Positions 49,330-59,382 of a stretch of 64,000 bases of DNA are shown in pieces (position 1 is the first letter of the stretch; every line of letters begins with the position of its first letter). The stretch is from Spirochaetia bacterium. Lineage in GTDB: Bacteria > Spirochaetota > Spirochaetia > SZUA-6 > Bin103. A program made the translations under genes and the position numbers. The DNA lies in NCBI GenBank assembly GCA_965208575.1, contig CBDBOV010000001.1, forward strand, positions 160,001 to 224,000, given 5' to 3'. The notes below the pieces were generated by a model. It was not told the DNA's origin. It saw only the letters and a list, made by a program, of their open reading frames with translations, and ran no database searches.

Positions 49330-49359
49330 ACAATGGACCGACTGGCAAACCACTGTCAA
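49330..49359 (-). promoter_or_regulatory. Candidate sigma70 promoter upstream of lipoprotein 4
   Basis: Perfect TTGACA (49359-49354), 18 bp, then a weak CATTGT. Confidence 0.3.
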
Positions 49360-49929
49360 GCGGTAATTTTGCACAATCCGAGCGCTTCCGGCACGGTAGC
49401 CGCCCCTCCCAGGGTCCCGTACGGCGCATCGGGCAATGCCTTGCACGGAGTAAACATGAGGGTTCCGCGCGGGTTTGTCAACCACTCGTTTCAGGAGGGC
49501 CGGAGGTGGGGGCGGGCAGCGCCGGCTGGGAGGCGCCGGGCGGGCCGGGGGACCGCGGTGGACGGGGATTGCGGGGCGACACGGCGGTCCGCGGAGGGCT
49601 TGCGCGGAGGCGTGGAGCGAATTGCCGGCAGGTGGCAGCCGGCGCCGGTGCTCGAAGCACCCGCGGGCCCCGGCGGACGCGTGATCAGGTCGGCGCGGCG
49701 CAGCGGGCCGGTTCGGGGCCGGGGAACACGATTCGCGGCGCCGGCAGCCGCATACACCTTATACAATGCGTGCAATGCGGCGCGGATCGAGCGGCGCCGC
49801 CTCACCGCCGGTCGACGCAGCGACCACCTGGCCGCGCCGCCACACCTCTCGGCGCCGCAGCGCTCAGCCTCCGCATCCCGCTTCGGCCGCAACCGTCCGC
49901 CGGTCGCCGTCCCGCGCTACGCACGACCA

Positions 49930-50282
49930 AGTTCGGCTCCGGACTTGCGCTCCGCCGGCGAAGTGGCCGACACAGACGACGACGCGCCGCGGCGCGCGCT
50001 CAACCGGCCTGCTGTACGCGGTGCAGCGCAAGGCCGATGACGCGCCGGCATGGCTGTACGTGTTGCTGTGCTGGAGCACCAGTCGACGCCGGACCCCCGG
50101 TTGCGGCTGCGGCTGCTGAAGTACCGCATCAGGATCTGGGCACGGGATCGGAAGCAGCGTCCCGATGAGCAGCACCTGCGCCCGATAGTGCCGTTGGTGT
50201 TGTACCAGAGACGGCACGGGTGGAGCGCGGCGACGGAGTTCTCGGAACGGTTCGCGGCGGCCGTCCGAGCGTGGCGGGGAGT
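49930..50282 (+). pseudogene. Rpn/YhgA-like (Transposase_31) relic
   Basis: AWLYVLL-EHQSTPD..RLRLLKY..RIW...PIVPLVLYQ...WSA. Confidence 0.75.
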
Positions 50283-50391
50283 CACGTGCGCGGTTTTGTG
50301 CTATGCTGTCGGGAGTGGAACCCACGACTCGCAGTCAGTCCCACGGGCGGGCCCCTCGCCGTGGACAGGATCCTGTGCCGGAGTTCGGTTC

Positions 50392-50868
50392 ATGACGGTG
50401 TCCGCCGAGTTGCTTGGCGTCATGATAGCCCTGCTTGCGGTGGGAGCCGCGGTGGCCGGGCTCGCGCTCGCGGGGATTCGCGCAATGCGCGCGGAGATGC
50501 GTGACCAACGCGCGGAGTTTCTGGGGCGTCTGGACGCCATGAGGCAGGACTTCAACGGGCAGCTTCAGGCTCTGGAGCAGAAGATCGACGGGAAGCTGGA
50601 CGCTCTGGAGCAGAAGATCGACGCGAAGCTGGACGCTCTGGAGCAGAAGATCGACGGGAAGCTGGACGCTCTGCAGCAGAAGAACGACGCGAAGCTGGAC
50701 GCTCTGCAGCAGAAGAACGACGCGAAGCTGGACGCTCTGGAGCAGAAGATCGATGCCCGATTCCAGGCGTTGGACATGCGGATGCGGGCGGTGGAACATG
50801 GACAGGCGAAGCTGGAGGGCCTGCTCGAAGGGCTGCGGGAAGCCATAGTGGCGCGCGGAGCAGCGTAG
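50392..50868 (+). CDS. N-terminal TM plus 11-residue-repeat coiled-coil protein
   Basis: MTVSAELLGVMIALLAVG...; ALEQKIDGKLD repeats; ends AKLEGLLEGLREAI. Confidence 0.85.
   Translation: MTVSAELLGVMIALLAVGAAVAGLALAGIRAMRAEMRDQRAEFLGRLDAMRQDFNGQLQALEQKIDGKLDALEQKIDAKLDALEQKIDGKLDALQQKNDAKLDALQQKNDAKLDALEQKIDARFQALDMRMRAVEHGQAKLEGLLEGLREAIVARGAA
50569..50757 (+). repeat. 33-bp tandem repeat, 5 full units and 1 partial
   Basis: gctctg(g/c)agcagaaga(t/a)cgacg(g/c)gaagctggac. Confidence 0.95.
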
Positions 50869-50930
50869 CGGTCTGGACTGTCGCGGACCTCCGCCGCGCT
50901 TCCTCCGGTTTGGTCGGATGGCGGAGCGCG

Positions 50931-51035
50931 TTACGTGATGTCCATGGCTTCGACGGCGCGGGCGATGGCAAAGAAGTCCGGCAGCGTCGACTGCCAGAGC
51001 ACCGGTACGGTCAGCACCAGGCCGGGCAGCAGCTC
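50931..51035 (-). pseudogene. Possible Uma2-like endonuclease C-terminal relic
   Basis: ELLPGLVLTVPVLWQSTLPD. Confidence 0.35.
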
Positions 51036-51039
51036 TGGG

Positions 51040-52803
51040 CTAGGCCACCGCGTCGCTGAACACCATCTCCCAGCCGTGGAACACCACCGCCAGGCCGGTG
51101 AACCGTACTTGCGGGAACTGCCGCGCCAGGCGCTCGTCGGCCAGGTAGCGCCGTAGCTGCGCCGCCGCTTCGCCCGCGGCCGATGCCACGCGCGCCTCGT
51201 CGGCCGGCTCGCGGCGGGGCAGGTACTTCAGCTCGATCAGGTAGCCGGTGCGCAGGTGCGGGTAGCGCGCCATCAGCGGCTCCAGCGAGATGTCCGCGTG
51301 TCCCTTCCCCAGCTCCACCTCGGAGCGGAACACGAAGTAGTCGGTCCAGTTCAGATAGGCGGCCAGAAACCCTTGAATCACCTTTTCGCCCGCAATGTAG
51401 TCGCGGATCCCCGTCTGCCGCGCGATCGCCGCGCGCAGGAACTCCAGCACCGGCCGCCACTCACCCTCGTTGGCCATCCGCATCAGCAACTGCTCGAAGC
51501 GGAACAGGTTGATCCTGAACACGCCCACGTCCTTGTAGCCGTCGCGCAGAAAGCCGTACATCAGCCGCTTCACGGTCTGGTTGGGGATCGCCAGCCGCGG
51601 CACGCCGTGCACCACCTCGCGAATGCTCAGCAGCCCGAAGAAGTGCAGCAGGGACAGGAAATTCTCCGGCTCGGCGAGCTCGTGCAGCGGAAAGCCGGGC
51701 TGCACCTGCACGTCCACCCGCGGCTCCCCGATGATGGTGCGCAGCACGTCGAAGTTGCCGTTCAGTTGCCGGCCCACCACCAGCAGGTGGCGCAGCTTGC
51801 CGTAGTCGATGCGCACGTTGGTGTCGATCAGGTAGTCCGGCACCCCCCGGTTGGGGATCGAGTCCTTCAGGTAGTAGAGCACCATGTCGGAGTTGTACAG
51901 ATCGGTCTTGGCTGCCTTGGCGAATCGGTAGCCGTTGTACCACTGGCCCATGATGCCCATGGCGGTGTCGACGTCCTGGTCGAACACGCCGCAATCACGG
52001 TACGTCTCCACCAGCCGCCGCACCTCCGCTTCGGTGAAGCCGACCATCTCGTTGAAGTCGGGGTGCAGGCTGATGTTCCTGCCGATGTTGAAGCCGCTGG
52101 TGACGTCGTCCATGGTCACCGGCGACACCCCGGTGATGAACAGGCGGTCGATGCCGCCGCCGCTGCGGTCGGCGCCGGACTTGAGGGTGGCGAAGAAGTT
52201 GCGGAAGAAGCCGCCGCCGTGGGTGAAGGAGTGGTACGCTTCGGCGCCGTGGTAGGCGAGCACGGTGTTGGCAAAGTTGTCGTACTCGTCGATCAGCACG
52301 TACAGCGGGATGTCGTGGTCGCCCGCGTACCGGAACAACTCGGAGAGCCTGGTGGCGATGGAGGGCGGCGCGAGGATATCCCGCATCGCCGCTTCGGGAA
52401 ACAGGTCGGGATGCCGCCGCAGTGTGCCGCGGAGCTCAATCAAGCAGTAGGCTTCGAACTCCCGCTCCAGCGTTTCGAGCTTGTCGTTGACCGCCGAGAA
52501 GTTGAAGCGCAGGGTGACGTAGCGGCTCTGCTCGCCGGTCGGGTTTCGCCCGATGTCGGTGCCGGCGAAGGAGGCGTCGAAGTCGCCGGCCCAGAAGCGG
52601 TCGTAGTAGTTCTCCAGCAGGGAGACCCACAGCGACTTGCCGAAGCGGCGCGGGCGGATCAGGAACGCGTAGTGCTCCTGTTCCAGGCGGCGCAGGAAGC
52701 GGGTCTTGTCGACGTACAGCCACCGCCTCAGGCGGATGCGACGGAAGTCGGCCTGACCGTAGGGAATGTGCGGGTAAGCGGGAGTCGCGTCCACCGAAGT
52801 CAC
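51040..52803 (-). CDS. AAA-ATPase-like plus PD-(D/E)XK nuclease protein
   Basis: YVDKT, RPRRFGKSL (Walker A), LIDEYD (Walker B), GHADI..LIELKY. Confidence 0.92.
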   Translation of the reverse strand: MTSVDATPAYPHIPYGQADFRRIRLRRWLYVDKTRFLRRLEQEHYAFLIRPRRFGKSLWVSLLENYYDRFWAGDFDASFAGTDIGRNPTGEQSRYVTLRFNFSAVNDKLETLEREFEAYCLIELRGTLRRHPDLFPEAAMRDILAPPSIATRLSELFRYAGDHDIPLYVLIDEYDNFANTVLAYHGAEAYHSFTHGGGFFRNFFATLKSGADRSGGGIDRLFITGVSPVTMDDVTSGFNIGRNISLHPDFNEMVGFTEAEVRRLVETYRDCGVFDQDVDTAMGIMGQWYNGYRFAKAAKTDLYNSDMVLYYLKDSIPNRGVPDYLIDTNVRIDYGKLRHLLVVGRQLNGNFDVLRTIIGEPRVDVQVQPGFPLHELAEPENFLSLLHFFGLLSIREVVHGVPRLAIPNQTVKRLMYGFLRDGYKDVGVFRINLFRFEQLLMRMANEGEWRPVLEFLRAAIARQTGIRDYIAGEKVIQGFLAAYLNWTDYFVFRSEVELGKGHADISLEPLMARYPHLRTGYLIELKYLPRREPADEARVASAAGEAAAQLRRYLADERLARQFPQVRFTGLAVVFHGWEMVFSDAVA

Positions 52804-53069
52804 TGAAAGACCGTGCCGACGACACTCTATCGTCCCCGCGGCGGCCCCTCAAGGAGCGACTGGCCCGGGGGCCCGGGCGCCGTCCCCGCCGGGGCCGGCC
52901 GCGGCCGCGCCGCTTCGATATCGGCGGCGTGATGTCGCGTGCGGCCTGCCGCGCGGTGGACCCGAGGGAGAGCACCGCCGGATCACCCCTTCAGGCGTCG
53001 GCGGTCTCGAAGGCGGTGTTGTTGCGGGTGGCGCGGCTGAATTCGCCGCCGAAGCGGGGTGCCGGGCGG

Positions 53070-53576
53070 CTACCAGTGCGGCAACTGCTCCTCGGCGACA
53101 CCATCGAACTCGGGCGCTTCCGTACGGTGGCCGGGGCCCGGCGGCGGGACGGTTGCCACCCCGCCCCCGCCGCGTGCTCCGTCCACCCGCGACTCCCACT
53201 GCATGGCCACCACCCCCTCGATGCGGTCCACCCGCGCTCCGAGCGCGTCCAGGCGGCGGCGCAGGTCCGCATTGCCGCCGCCCAGGTCGCCGCGCAACTC
53301 GGTCAGGACGGCGCGCAGGCTTGCCACCTCCGCGGTCAGCTCGCTCCGCACCGTGGCCAGCTCCGCGCGCCACTCGTCCGGGTCCCGCGTCGCCAGCTCG
53401 AGCCGGTGCTCGATCTCCGCCAGCCGCTGATCCTTGGTCAGGATCACGCCCAACGACAACCCCAGGTTTACCAGGACCAGCAGCAACACCCATGCCCACG
53501 TCCACCGCCGGGGCCGTCTCGTGGTGTCCCGCAACGCTCTCCGCACCATCCCGATGTGTTCCAGCCTCGTATCCAT
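53070..53576 (-). CDS. TM plus coiled-coil protein
   Basis: WVLLLVLVNLGLSLGVIL; LGARVDRIEG; start uncertain next to the IS end. Confidence 0.6.
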   Translation of the reverse strand: MDTRLEHIGMVRRALRDTTRRPRRWTWAWVLLLVLVNLGLSLGVILTKDQRLAEIEHRLELATRDPDEWRAELATVRSELTAEVASLRAVLTELRGDLGGGNADLRRRLDALGARVDRIEGVVAMQWESRVDGARGGGGVATVPPPGPGHRTEAPEFDGVAEEQLPHW

Positions 53577-53648
53577 CTACCGGTGAGGCCTCCGAGAAGT
53601 CGCCTCCCACCGGCGCTCCTCTCTCCTCGCCGTATTTTTGGCCCCCTG

Positions 53649-55635
53649 CTAGTCCGAGGTTTGAGAGGCCGTTCTTGTAACTGTTTCCTATTACAGGAAT
53701 TAGCGTGTTCATGGGTGTAAATCGTGTCCATGTAAATAGTCCTGTGGTTCAGCGTTAATTTTCTCTCATCTGGTTGACATGTAATTATTAAATGATCTAC
53801 CATTCCCTCCGTAGGGTGCCCATGTACATCGACACCGTCCCCAACCGCAACTCTCCCCCAGCCGTCCTCCTCCGCGAGTCCTTCCGCCAGCACGGCAAGG
53901 TCAAAAAACGCACCATCGCCAACCTCTCCAAGTGGCCCGATCACCTCGTCGAGGGTTTGCGCGTCCTCCTCAACGGCGGTATCGCTCTGCGCTCTCCCAA
54001 CGAACTGCTCTCCATCTTGCGCAGCTATCCCCACGGCCACGTCGCCGCCGTCCTCGGTTCCCTCCGCAAGCTCTCCCTCCATTCCCTCGTCGCTCGTCCC
54101 GCCTCCCGTGAACGCGACCTGGTCGTCGCCATGATCGTCGCTCGCGTCGTCGACGCTCGCTCCAAACTCGCCACCGCTCGCGGCCTCAACCCCGAAAGCG
54201 CCGTCTCCTCCCTCGGCCACCTGCTGCAGTTGGGAGCCGTCGACGAGAATGAGCTGTATGCCGCCATGGATTGGCTGCTCGCTCGCCAGCACGGCATCGA
54301 GCAGCGCTTGGCCAAGCGCCATCTGCATGACAACACGCTCATGTTGTACGACCTGACTTCCAGTTACTTCCATGGCCACACCTGCCCGTTGGCGCGCCGT
54401 GGTCACAGCCGCGACGGCAAACGCGGCACCTTGCAGATCGTGTTCGGCCTGCTGTGTACCGCAGACGGCTGTCCCATCGCCGTCGAGGTATTCGAGGGCT
54501 CCACCAGTGACCCCAAGACGGTCGCCGCTCAGGTCGACAAGATTCGCAACCGTTTCGGCTTGCAGCGCGTCGTGCTGGTCGGCGACCGCGGCATGCTCAC
54601 CGGCGCGCGCATCCGCGAGGACCTGCAGGGGATCGACGGCCTGCGCTGGATCACGACCCTGCGGGCGCCCACCATCCGCAAGCTGATCGAGGCCGGCGAA
54701 GTGGCGCAGACCATGTTCGACGAGCGTGACCTGGCGGAGATCAGCTCACCCGAGTTCCCCGGCGAGCGGCTGATCGTGTGCCGCAACCCGATCCTGGCCG
54801 AGCAACGGCAGCGCAAGAGGCAGAAGTTGCTGGCCTCCACGGAGGAGGAACTGACGCCGATCGTGACGGCCACGCAGCGCGCCAAAAAGCCGCTGCGCGG
54901 CGCCGCCGCGATCGGCCTGCGGGTGGGCAAGGTGATCAACCACTACAAGGTGGGCAAGCATTTCACCACCACCATCACCGACGACTCGTTCTCGTTCGTG
55001 CGTGACCTGGACAAGATCGCGGCCGAGGAAGAACTGGACGGGCTCTACATCGTGCGCTCCAACGTGGAGCCGGAGCTGTTCGACGCCGAGCAGACGGTGA
55101 CGGCGTACAAGGACTTGGCCAAGGTGGAACGTGCGTTCCGCAGCATGAAGACGGTGGATCTGAAGGTGCGACCGATCTATCACCGCAGCGCAGACCGGGT
55201 GCGGGCGCACGTGTTCCTGTGCATGCTGGCCTACTACGTGGAGTGGCACATGCGCAGCAAGCTGGCGCCGGTGCTGTTCGACGACCACGACCGCGCCGCC
55301 GGCGAGGCGCTGCGCGAGTCGGTGGTGCAACCGGCGGAACGCTCACCGGCCGCACACCGGAAGGCGGCGAGCAAGCGTACCGACGACGGTCTGCCGGTGC
55401 ACAGCTTTCGCAGCCTGATGAGCGAGTTGGGGACGCTGACGGCCAACCGCGTGCGGATAGTGGATAGCGGCGCCACGTTCACCATGCACAGCGAACCGAC
55501 CGCGCTGCAGCAGCGCTGTTTCGATCTCCTGGAGGTCAGCGCCCAAGTGTAGCCAGTAACGGACATCGGCTGTTGAGCGCAATTTTCAGATCAATAACGA
55601 ATTAACAAGATTCCCGCTCTGGAACTTCGGGCTAG
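53649..55635 (+). mobile_element. IS1634-family element
   Basis: Imperfect inverted ends CTAGTCCGAGGTTTGAGAG and CTCTGGAACTTCGGGCTAG; CTAG may be a target duplication. Confidence 0.85.
53822..55552 (+). CDS. IS1634-family DDE transposase
   Basis: MYIDTVPNRNSPPAVLLRES, LYDLTSSYF, VGDRGM, YKDLAKVERAFR, VRAHVFLCMLAY. Confidence 0.92.
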   Translation: MYIDTVPNRNSPPAVLLRESFRQHGKVKKRTIANLSKWPDHLVEGLRVLLNGGIALRSPNELLSILRSYPHGHVAAVLGSLRKLSLHSLVARPASRERDLVVAMIVARVVDARSKLATARGLNPESAVSSLGHLLQLGAVDENELYAAMDWLLARQHGIEQRLAKRHLHDNTLMLYDLTSSYFHGHTCPLARRGHSRDGKRGTLQIVFGLLCTADGCPIAVEVFEGSTSDPKTVAAQVDKIRNRFGLQRVVLVGDRGMLTGARIREDLQGIDGLRWITTLRAPTIRKLIEAGEVAQTMFDERDLAEISSPEFPGERLIVCRNPILAEQRQRKRQKLLASTEEELTPIVTATQRAKKPLRGAAAIGLRVGKVINHYKVGKHFTTTITDDSFSFVRDLDKIAAEEELDGLYIVRSNVEPELFDAEQTVTAYKDLAKVERAFRSMKTVDLKVRPIYHRSADRVRAHVFLCMLAYYVEWHMRSKLAPVLFDDHDRAAGEALRESVVQPAERSPAAHRKAASKRTDDGLPVHSFRSLMSELGTLTANRVRIVDSGATFTMHSEPTALQQRCFDLLEVSAQV

Positions 55636-55673
55636 TATATCGGCTGCTCGGTCTCGCACCTTTGATCCGGGGG

Positions 55674-55702
55674 TTGACGCAGCGTGGCGGGGTGGTTAGG
55701 TT
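55674..55702 (+). promoter_or_regulatory. trp operon promoter
   Basis: TTGACG-17 bp-TAGGTT, 7 nt before the trpL ATG. Confidence 0.65.
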
Positions 55703-55709
55703 ACCGGGC

Positions 55710-55757
55710 ATGACTACGGCGACGGCAAGCCATCTCTGGTGGTGGGTCTCGGGATAA
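55710..55757 (+). CDS. trpL: trp leader peptide MTTATASHLWWWVSG
   Basis: Three consecutive TGG codons in a 15-aa ORF upstream of trpE; absent from the ORF track. Confidence 0.9.
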   Translation: MTTATASHLWWWVSG

Positions 55758-55792
55758 CCGGGACGCCACGTCATCGGGCGCGTTGCGCCCGG

Positions 55793-55845
55793 GAGCCGCG
55801 GGTTCTGGTTGCAGGGGTTGACCAGGGCCGGCGGCTCTTTCTTTA
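55793..55845 (+). terminator. trp attenuator terminator
   Basis: GAGCCGCGGGTTCTGGT...ACCAGGGCCGGCGGCTC followed by TTTCTTT. Confidence 0.85.
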
Positions 55846-55916
55846 CCTGAGCCGCCCTCCCGCGAGTCCGCTCCCCCCGGCAGCCCGGCCCGGCGAACAG
55901 ACCGACGAGGAGCATC

Positions 55917-57383
55917 ATGAGTAATACAGACGTCCTGCTACGGACCATTCCCGGAGAGCGGTTCACGCCCTATACGCTGGCGCGCAAGCTGAACGCCACG
56001 GTGTTGCTGGAGTCCGCCTCCTTCCACCGCGGCCGCGAGCGCTACAGCATCCTGCTGCTGAAGCCGGCGTTCACGATCCAGGAGCGGCAGGGGGAGATCA
56101 CCATGACCCGCGACGGGCGGCGCTTCCGGCTGCGCAGCACCGGGCGCGACATCCTGGACGTGCTGCGCTACTTCGCCGACCAGCACGCCGAGGCGGCGCA
56201 CGCCGCGCCGCCGGGGGACGCCGGCACCTACGTGTCGCGAACCAGCCGGCTGCCGGTGGTGAGGGCGCATCCGTTTCCGTTCCCGGTCGGGGGCATCGGC
56301 TACCTGTCCTACGAGTACGCGGCCCGGTTCGACACCGTGCGCCTGCACCCCAAGGCGGACTCGCTCGGCCTGCCGGACGCCTGCTTCGTGTTCGGCCACG
56401 TGTTCGTGGTGTTCGACCACTACACCGATTCGCTCACGCTGGTGGGGGTGAACTACCGCGAGCACCGCATCGACCTGCAGGAGGCGCTCGACGAGACCGA
56501 GCGGCGCATCGACGACCTGGACTTCAACTTCATGGCGGTGTCGCGCTCGCGTCCCAACGCCACGGTGTGCGGCTCCCTCGACGAGGAGTCCTACCTGGAC
56601 GGCGTGGAGTTCCTGCGCGGCGAGATCATCAAGGGCAACCTGTTCCAGGCGGTGCTGTCGCGGCGGCTGGTGATCGAGACCGCGCTGCCGGCGCTGGAGG
56701 CGTACCGCAGCCTGCGCTCGGCAAACCCGTCGCCCTACATGTTCTACCTCGACTACGGCGACTTCCAGTTGTTCGGGGCGTCGCCGGAGGTGCACGTGAA
56801 GGTGGCGGACGGGCGCGCGGCGATGCGCCCGATCGCCGGTACGCGGCGGCGCGGCAGGGACCACCGCGAGGACCTGGCGCTGCAGGAGGAACTGCTCGCC
56901 GACGAGAAGGAGCTGGCCGAGCACCTGATGCTGGTCGACCTGGCGCGCAACGACCTGGGCCGGGTGGCCGAGGCGGGCAGCGTGGAGGTGACCGAGCGCA
57001 ACGTGATCGAGCACTACTCGCACGTGATGCACATCGTCTCCCAGGTGGAGGCGGACCTGCGGCCCGGGCTGACCGGCGCCGACGCGGTGCGCGCCACGTT
57101 CCCCGCCGGCACGGTGTCGGGCGCGCCCAAGATCCAGGCGATGGAAACGCTCGACGCCCTGGAGAGCGAGACGCGCGGCTTCTACGCCGGCATCGTCGGC
57201 TACGTGGAGCCGGGCGGCACGCTCGATTCCTGCATCTCGATCCGCTCGGCGGTCAAGAAGGGCGACCGGCTGGTGCTGCACGCCGGCGCCGGCGTGGTGT
57301 ACGACTCGGTGCCGCAGAGCGAGTTCGAGGAGACGCAGAACAAGCTGCGCGCGCTCGCCGCCGCGGTGGGCGTGCAGTTGTAG
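55917..57383 (+). CDS. trpE: Anthranilate synthase component I
   Basis: LLES, NPSPYM, GASPE, PIAGTRRRG, AEHLMLVDLARND, PAGTVSGAPK. Confidence 0.97.
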   Translation: MSNTDVLLRTIPGERFTPYTLARKLNATVLLESASFHRGRERYSILLLKPAFTIQERQGEITMTRDGRRFRLRSTGRDILDVLRYFADQHAEAAHAAPPGDAGTYVSRTSRLPVVRAHPFPFPVGGIGYLSYEYAARFDTVRLHPKADSLGLPDACFVFGHVFVVFDHYTDSLTLVGVNYREHRIDLQEALDETERRIDDLDFNFMAVSRSRPNATVCGSLDEESYLDGVEFLRGEIIKGNLFQAVLSRRLVIETALPALEAYRSLRSANPSPYMFYLDYGDFQLFGASPEVHVKVADGRAAMRPIAGTRRRGRDHREDLALQEELLADEKELAEHLMLVDLARNDLGRVAEAGSVEVTERNVIEHYSHVMHIVSQVEADLRPGLTGADAVRATFPAGTVSGAPKIQAMETLDALESETRGFYAGIVGYVEPGGTLDSCISIRSAVKKGDRLVLHAGAGVVYDSVPQSEFEETQNKLRALAAAVGVQL

Positions 57384-57413
57384 CCGGGCGGCGGCACGGG
57401 GAGGCCTTATACA

Positions 57414-59075
57414 ATGTACGTCATCATCGACAACTACGATTCGTTCACTTACAACCTGTTCCAGTACGTGTCGTCGCTCACCGACCAGGAGGTGCGGGTG
57501 TTCCGCAACGACCGCGTGACGGTGGCGGAACTGGAGGCGCTGCAGCCGGCGGGAATCATCATCTCGCCGGGGCCGGGGCGGCCGGAGGATGCCGGGGTGT
57601 CGGTGGACACGGTGCGCCGCTTCGCCGGCAGCACGCCGATCCTGGGCGTGTGCCTGGGCCACCAGGCGATCGGCTACGCGTTCGGCGGCACCATCGCCGG
57701 CGCCGGCACCATCGTGCACGGCAAGACCGACTCCATCAGCCTGGACGGACGCGGCCTGTTCCGCGGCGTGCCGTCGCCGTCGGTGTTCACCCGCTACCAC
57801 TCGCTGGTGGTGCAGCGCGACACCCTGCCGGACGGGTTCGAGGTGACCGCCACCTCTCCCGACGGCGAGGTGATGGGCATCCGCCACACCGACTGGGTGG
57901 TGGAGGGGGTGCAGTTCCACCCCGAGTCGATCGCCTCCGAAATGGGCATGCGCCTGCTGGCCAACTTCCTGGACTACCGGCGCGAGCCGTTCGCGTTCCG
58001 GCCGCTGCTGGAGCGGGTGATGGCCGGCGAGGCGCTGGCCATGGAGCAGGCGGCGGAGCTGATGGACGAGGTCACCGAGGGGCGCCTGCCGGCCACCTTG
58101 CTCGCCGCCATGCTGGTGGCGCTGGGCATCAAGGGCTGCGGCGCCGAGGAGATCGCCGGCTTCGCCTCGGTGCTGGCGCGCAAGAAGCAGCCGCTGGAGC
58201 GGCCCGCGGCCGACGGCACGGTGGTGGACACCTGCGGCACCGGCGGCGACGGGCTGGCCACCTTCAACATCTCCTCGCTGGCGGCGCTGGTGGTGGCGGC
58301 GTGCGGGGTGCGGGTGGCCAAGCACGGCAACCGCGGCGTGAGTTCGCCGACCGGCAGCGCGGACCTGTTCGCGGCGCTCGGCGTGGACACCGGCCTGTCG
58401 CCGGCGCAGGCGGCCGGCCTGCTGCAGCGCACCGGGTTCGCGTTCCTGTTCGCGCCCACCTACCACGGCGCCATGCGCCACGCCGCCGGAGTACGGGCGG
58501 AGCTGGGCATCAAGACGGTGCTCAACCTGCTCGGGCCGCTGGTCAACCCGGCGGCGGCGGAGTTCCAGCTCATCGGCGTATACGACGGGGCGCTGTGCGA
58601 GCCGATGGCGCATGCCGCCCGCCTGCTGGGCGTGCACCGCGTGCTGGTGGTGCACGGCGCCGACGGGCAGGACGAGGTGTCGGTGACCGCCCCCACCCGC
58701 ATGGTGGAGATCCGCGAGGACGGCGAGTGCCGGGAGAGCGAGTTCGACTTCGCGGCGTGCGGCATCGCGCCGGCATCGCTGCAGGACCTGCAGGGCGGCG
58801 ACGCCGAGCACAATGCCGCGCTGGCGCGCAAGCTGCTCGCCGGCGGCGGGCCGCGCGCCGTGCGCGACGCGGTGGCCGTGAACGCGGGCGCGGCGCTGTA
58901 CGTGGCGGGCGCGGCGCCCGACATCGCCGCCGGCTACCGGCGCGCCCGTACCGCGCTGGAAGACGGCAGCGCGGCCGCCAAGCTGAAGGAGGTGGTCACC
59001 GCCACCGCCGCCCTCCGCGCCGCCCCGCACGAGGCCCCCTCCGGCGCCGGACACAGGCCAACGGCGCTTTCCTGA
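57414..59075 (+). CDS. trpD: Fused anthranilate synthase component II / anthranilate phosphoribosyltransferase (TrpG-TrpD)
   Basis: IDNYDSFTYN, GVCLGHQ, QFHPES; DTCGTGGD, KHGNR. Confidence 0.96.
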   Translation: MYVIIDNYDSFTYNLFQYVSSLTDQEVRVFRNDRVTVAELEALQPAGIIISPGPGRPEDAGVSVDTVRRFAGSTPILGVCLGHQAIGYAFGGTIAGAGTIVHGKTDSISLDGRGLFRGVPSPSVFTRYHSLVVQRDTLPDGFEVTATSPDGEVMGIRHTDWVVEGVQFHPESIASEMGMRLLANFLDYRREPFAFRPLLERVMAGEALAMEQAAELMDEVTEGRLPATLLAAMLVALGIKGCGAEEIAGFASVLARKKQPLERPAADGTVVDTCGTGGDGLATFNISSLAALVVAACGVRVAKHGNRGVSSPTGSADLFAALGVDTGLSPAQAAGLLQRTGFAFLFAPTYHGAMRHAAGVRAELGIKTVLNLLGPLVNPAAAEFQLIGVYDGALCEPMAHAARLLGVHRVLVVHGADGQDEVSVTAPTRMVEIREDGECRESEFDFAACGIAPASLQDLQGGDAEHNAALARKLLAGGGPRAVRDAVAVNAGAALYVAGAAPDIAAGYRRARTALEDGSAAAKLKEVVTATAALRAAPHEAPSGAGHRPTALS

Positions 59076-59121
59076 TCGGCTGCAAGTAGACGCTGGTATC
59101 GAGAAGATGGGTGATCGGCAT
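59050..59121 (-). pseudogene. VapC/PIN toxin N-terminal relic
   Basis: MPITHLLDTSVYLQPI directly after the antitoxin. Confidence 0.6.
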
Positions 59122-59127
59122 CCCGGC

Positions 59128-59382
59128 TCAGAACGGGCTCTCGCGCCGCTCCACGGTTCTCGGCGGCAGCTCGATGTCGACCTCCAGCTCGCCGTGCTCC
59201 GCGACGAAGCGGTCCCGCAATCCCCAGATCGTCGATCCGGTGCCGGCCGCCGGCGCCACGGGATCGATCTGCACCAACGGAACCCCGCGCCTGGTGACAA
59301 CGACCGGTTCGCCGGTCAGCGCAACCTGCTCGCATATCTCGGACAGCTTCGTCCTGGCTTCGTAGATCCCCAAGGTAGTCAT
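59128..59382 (-). CDS. Phd/YefM-family antitoxin
   Basis: MTTLGIYEARTKLSEICEQV..GEPVVVTRRGVP. Confidence 0.9.
   Translation of the reverse strand: MTTLGIYEARTKLSEICEQVALTGEPVVVTRRGVPLVQIDPVAPAAGTGSTIWGLRDRFVAEHGELEVDIELPPRTVERRESPF

Noticed and set aside
55640-55916. T-box riboswitch upstream of trpE
   Set aside because: No recognisable T-box consensus; the WWW leader peptide and terminator explain the region.
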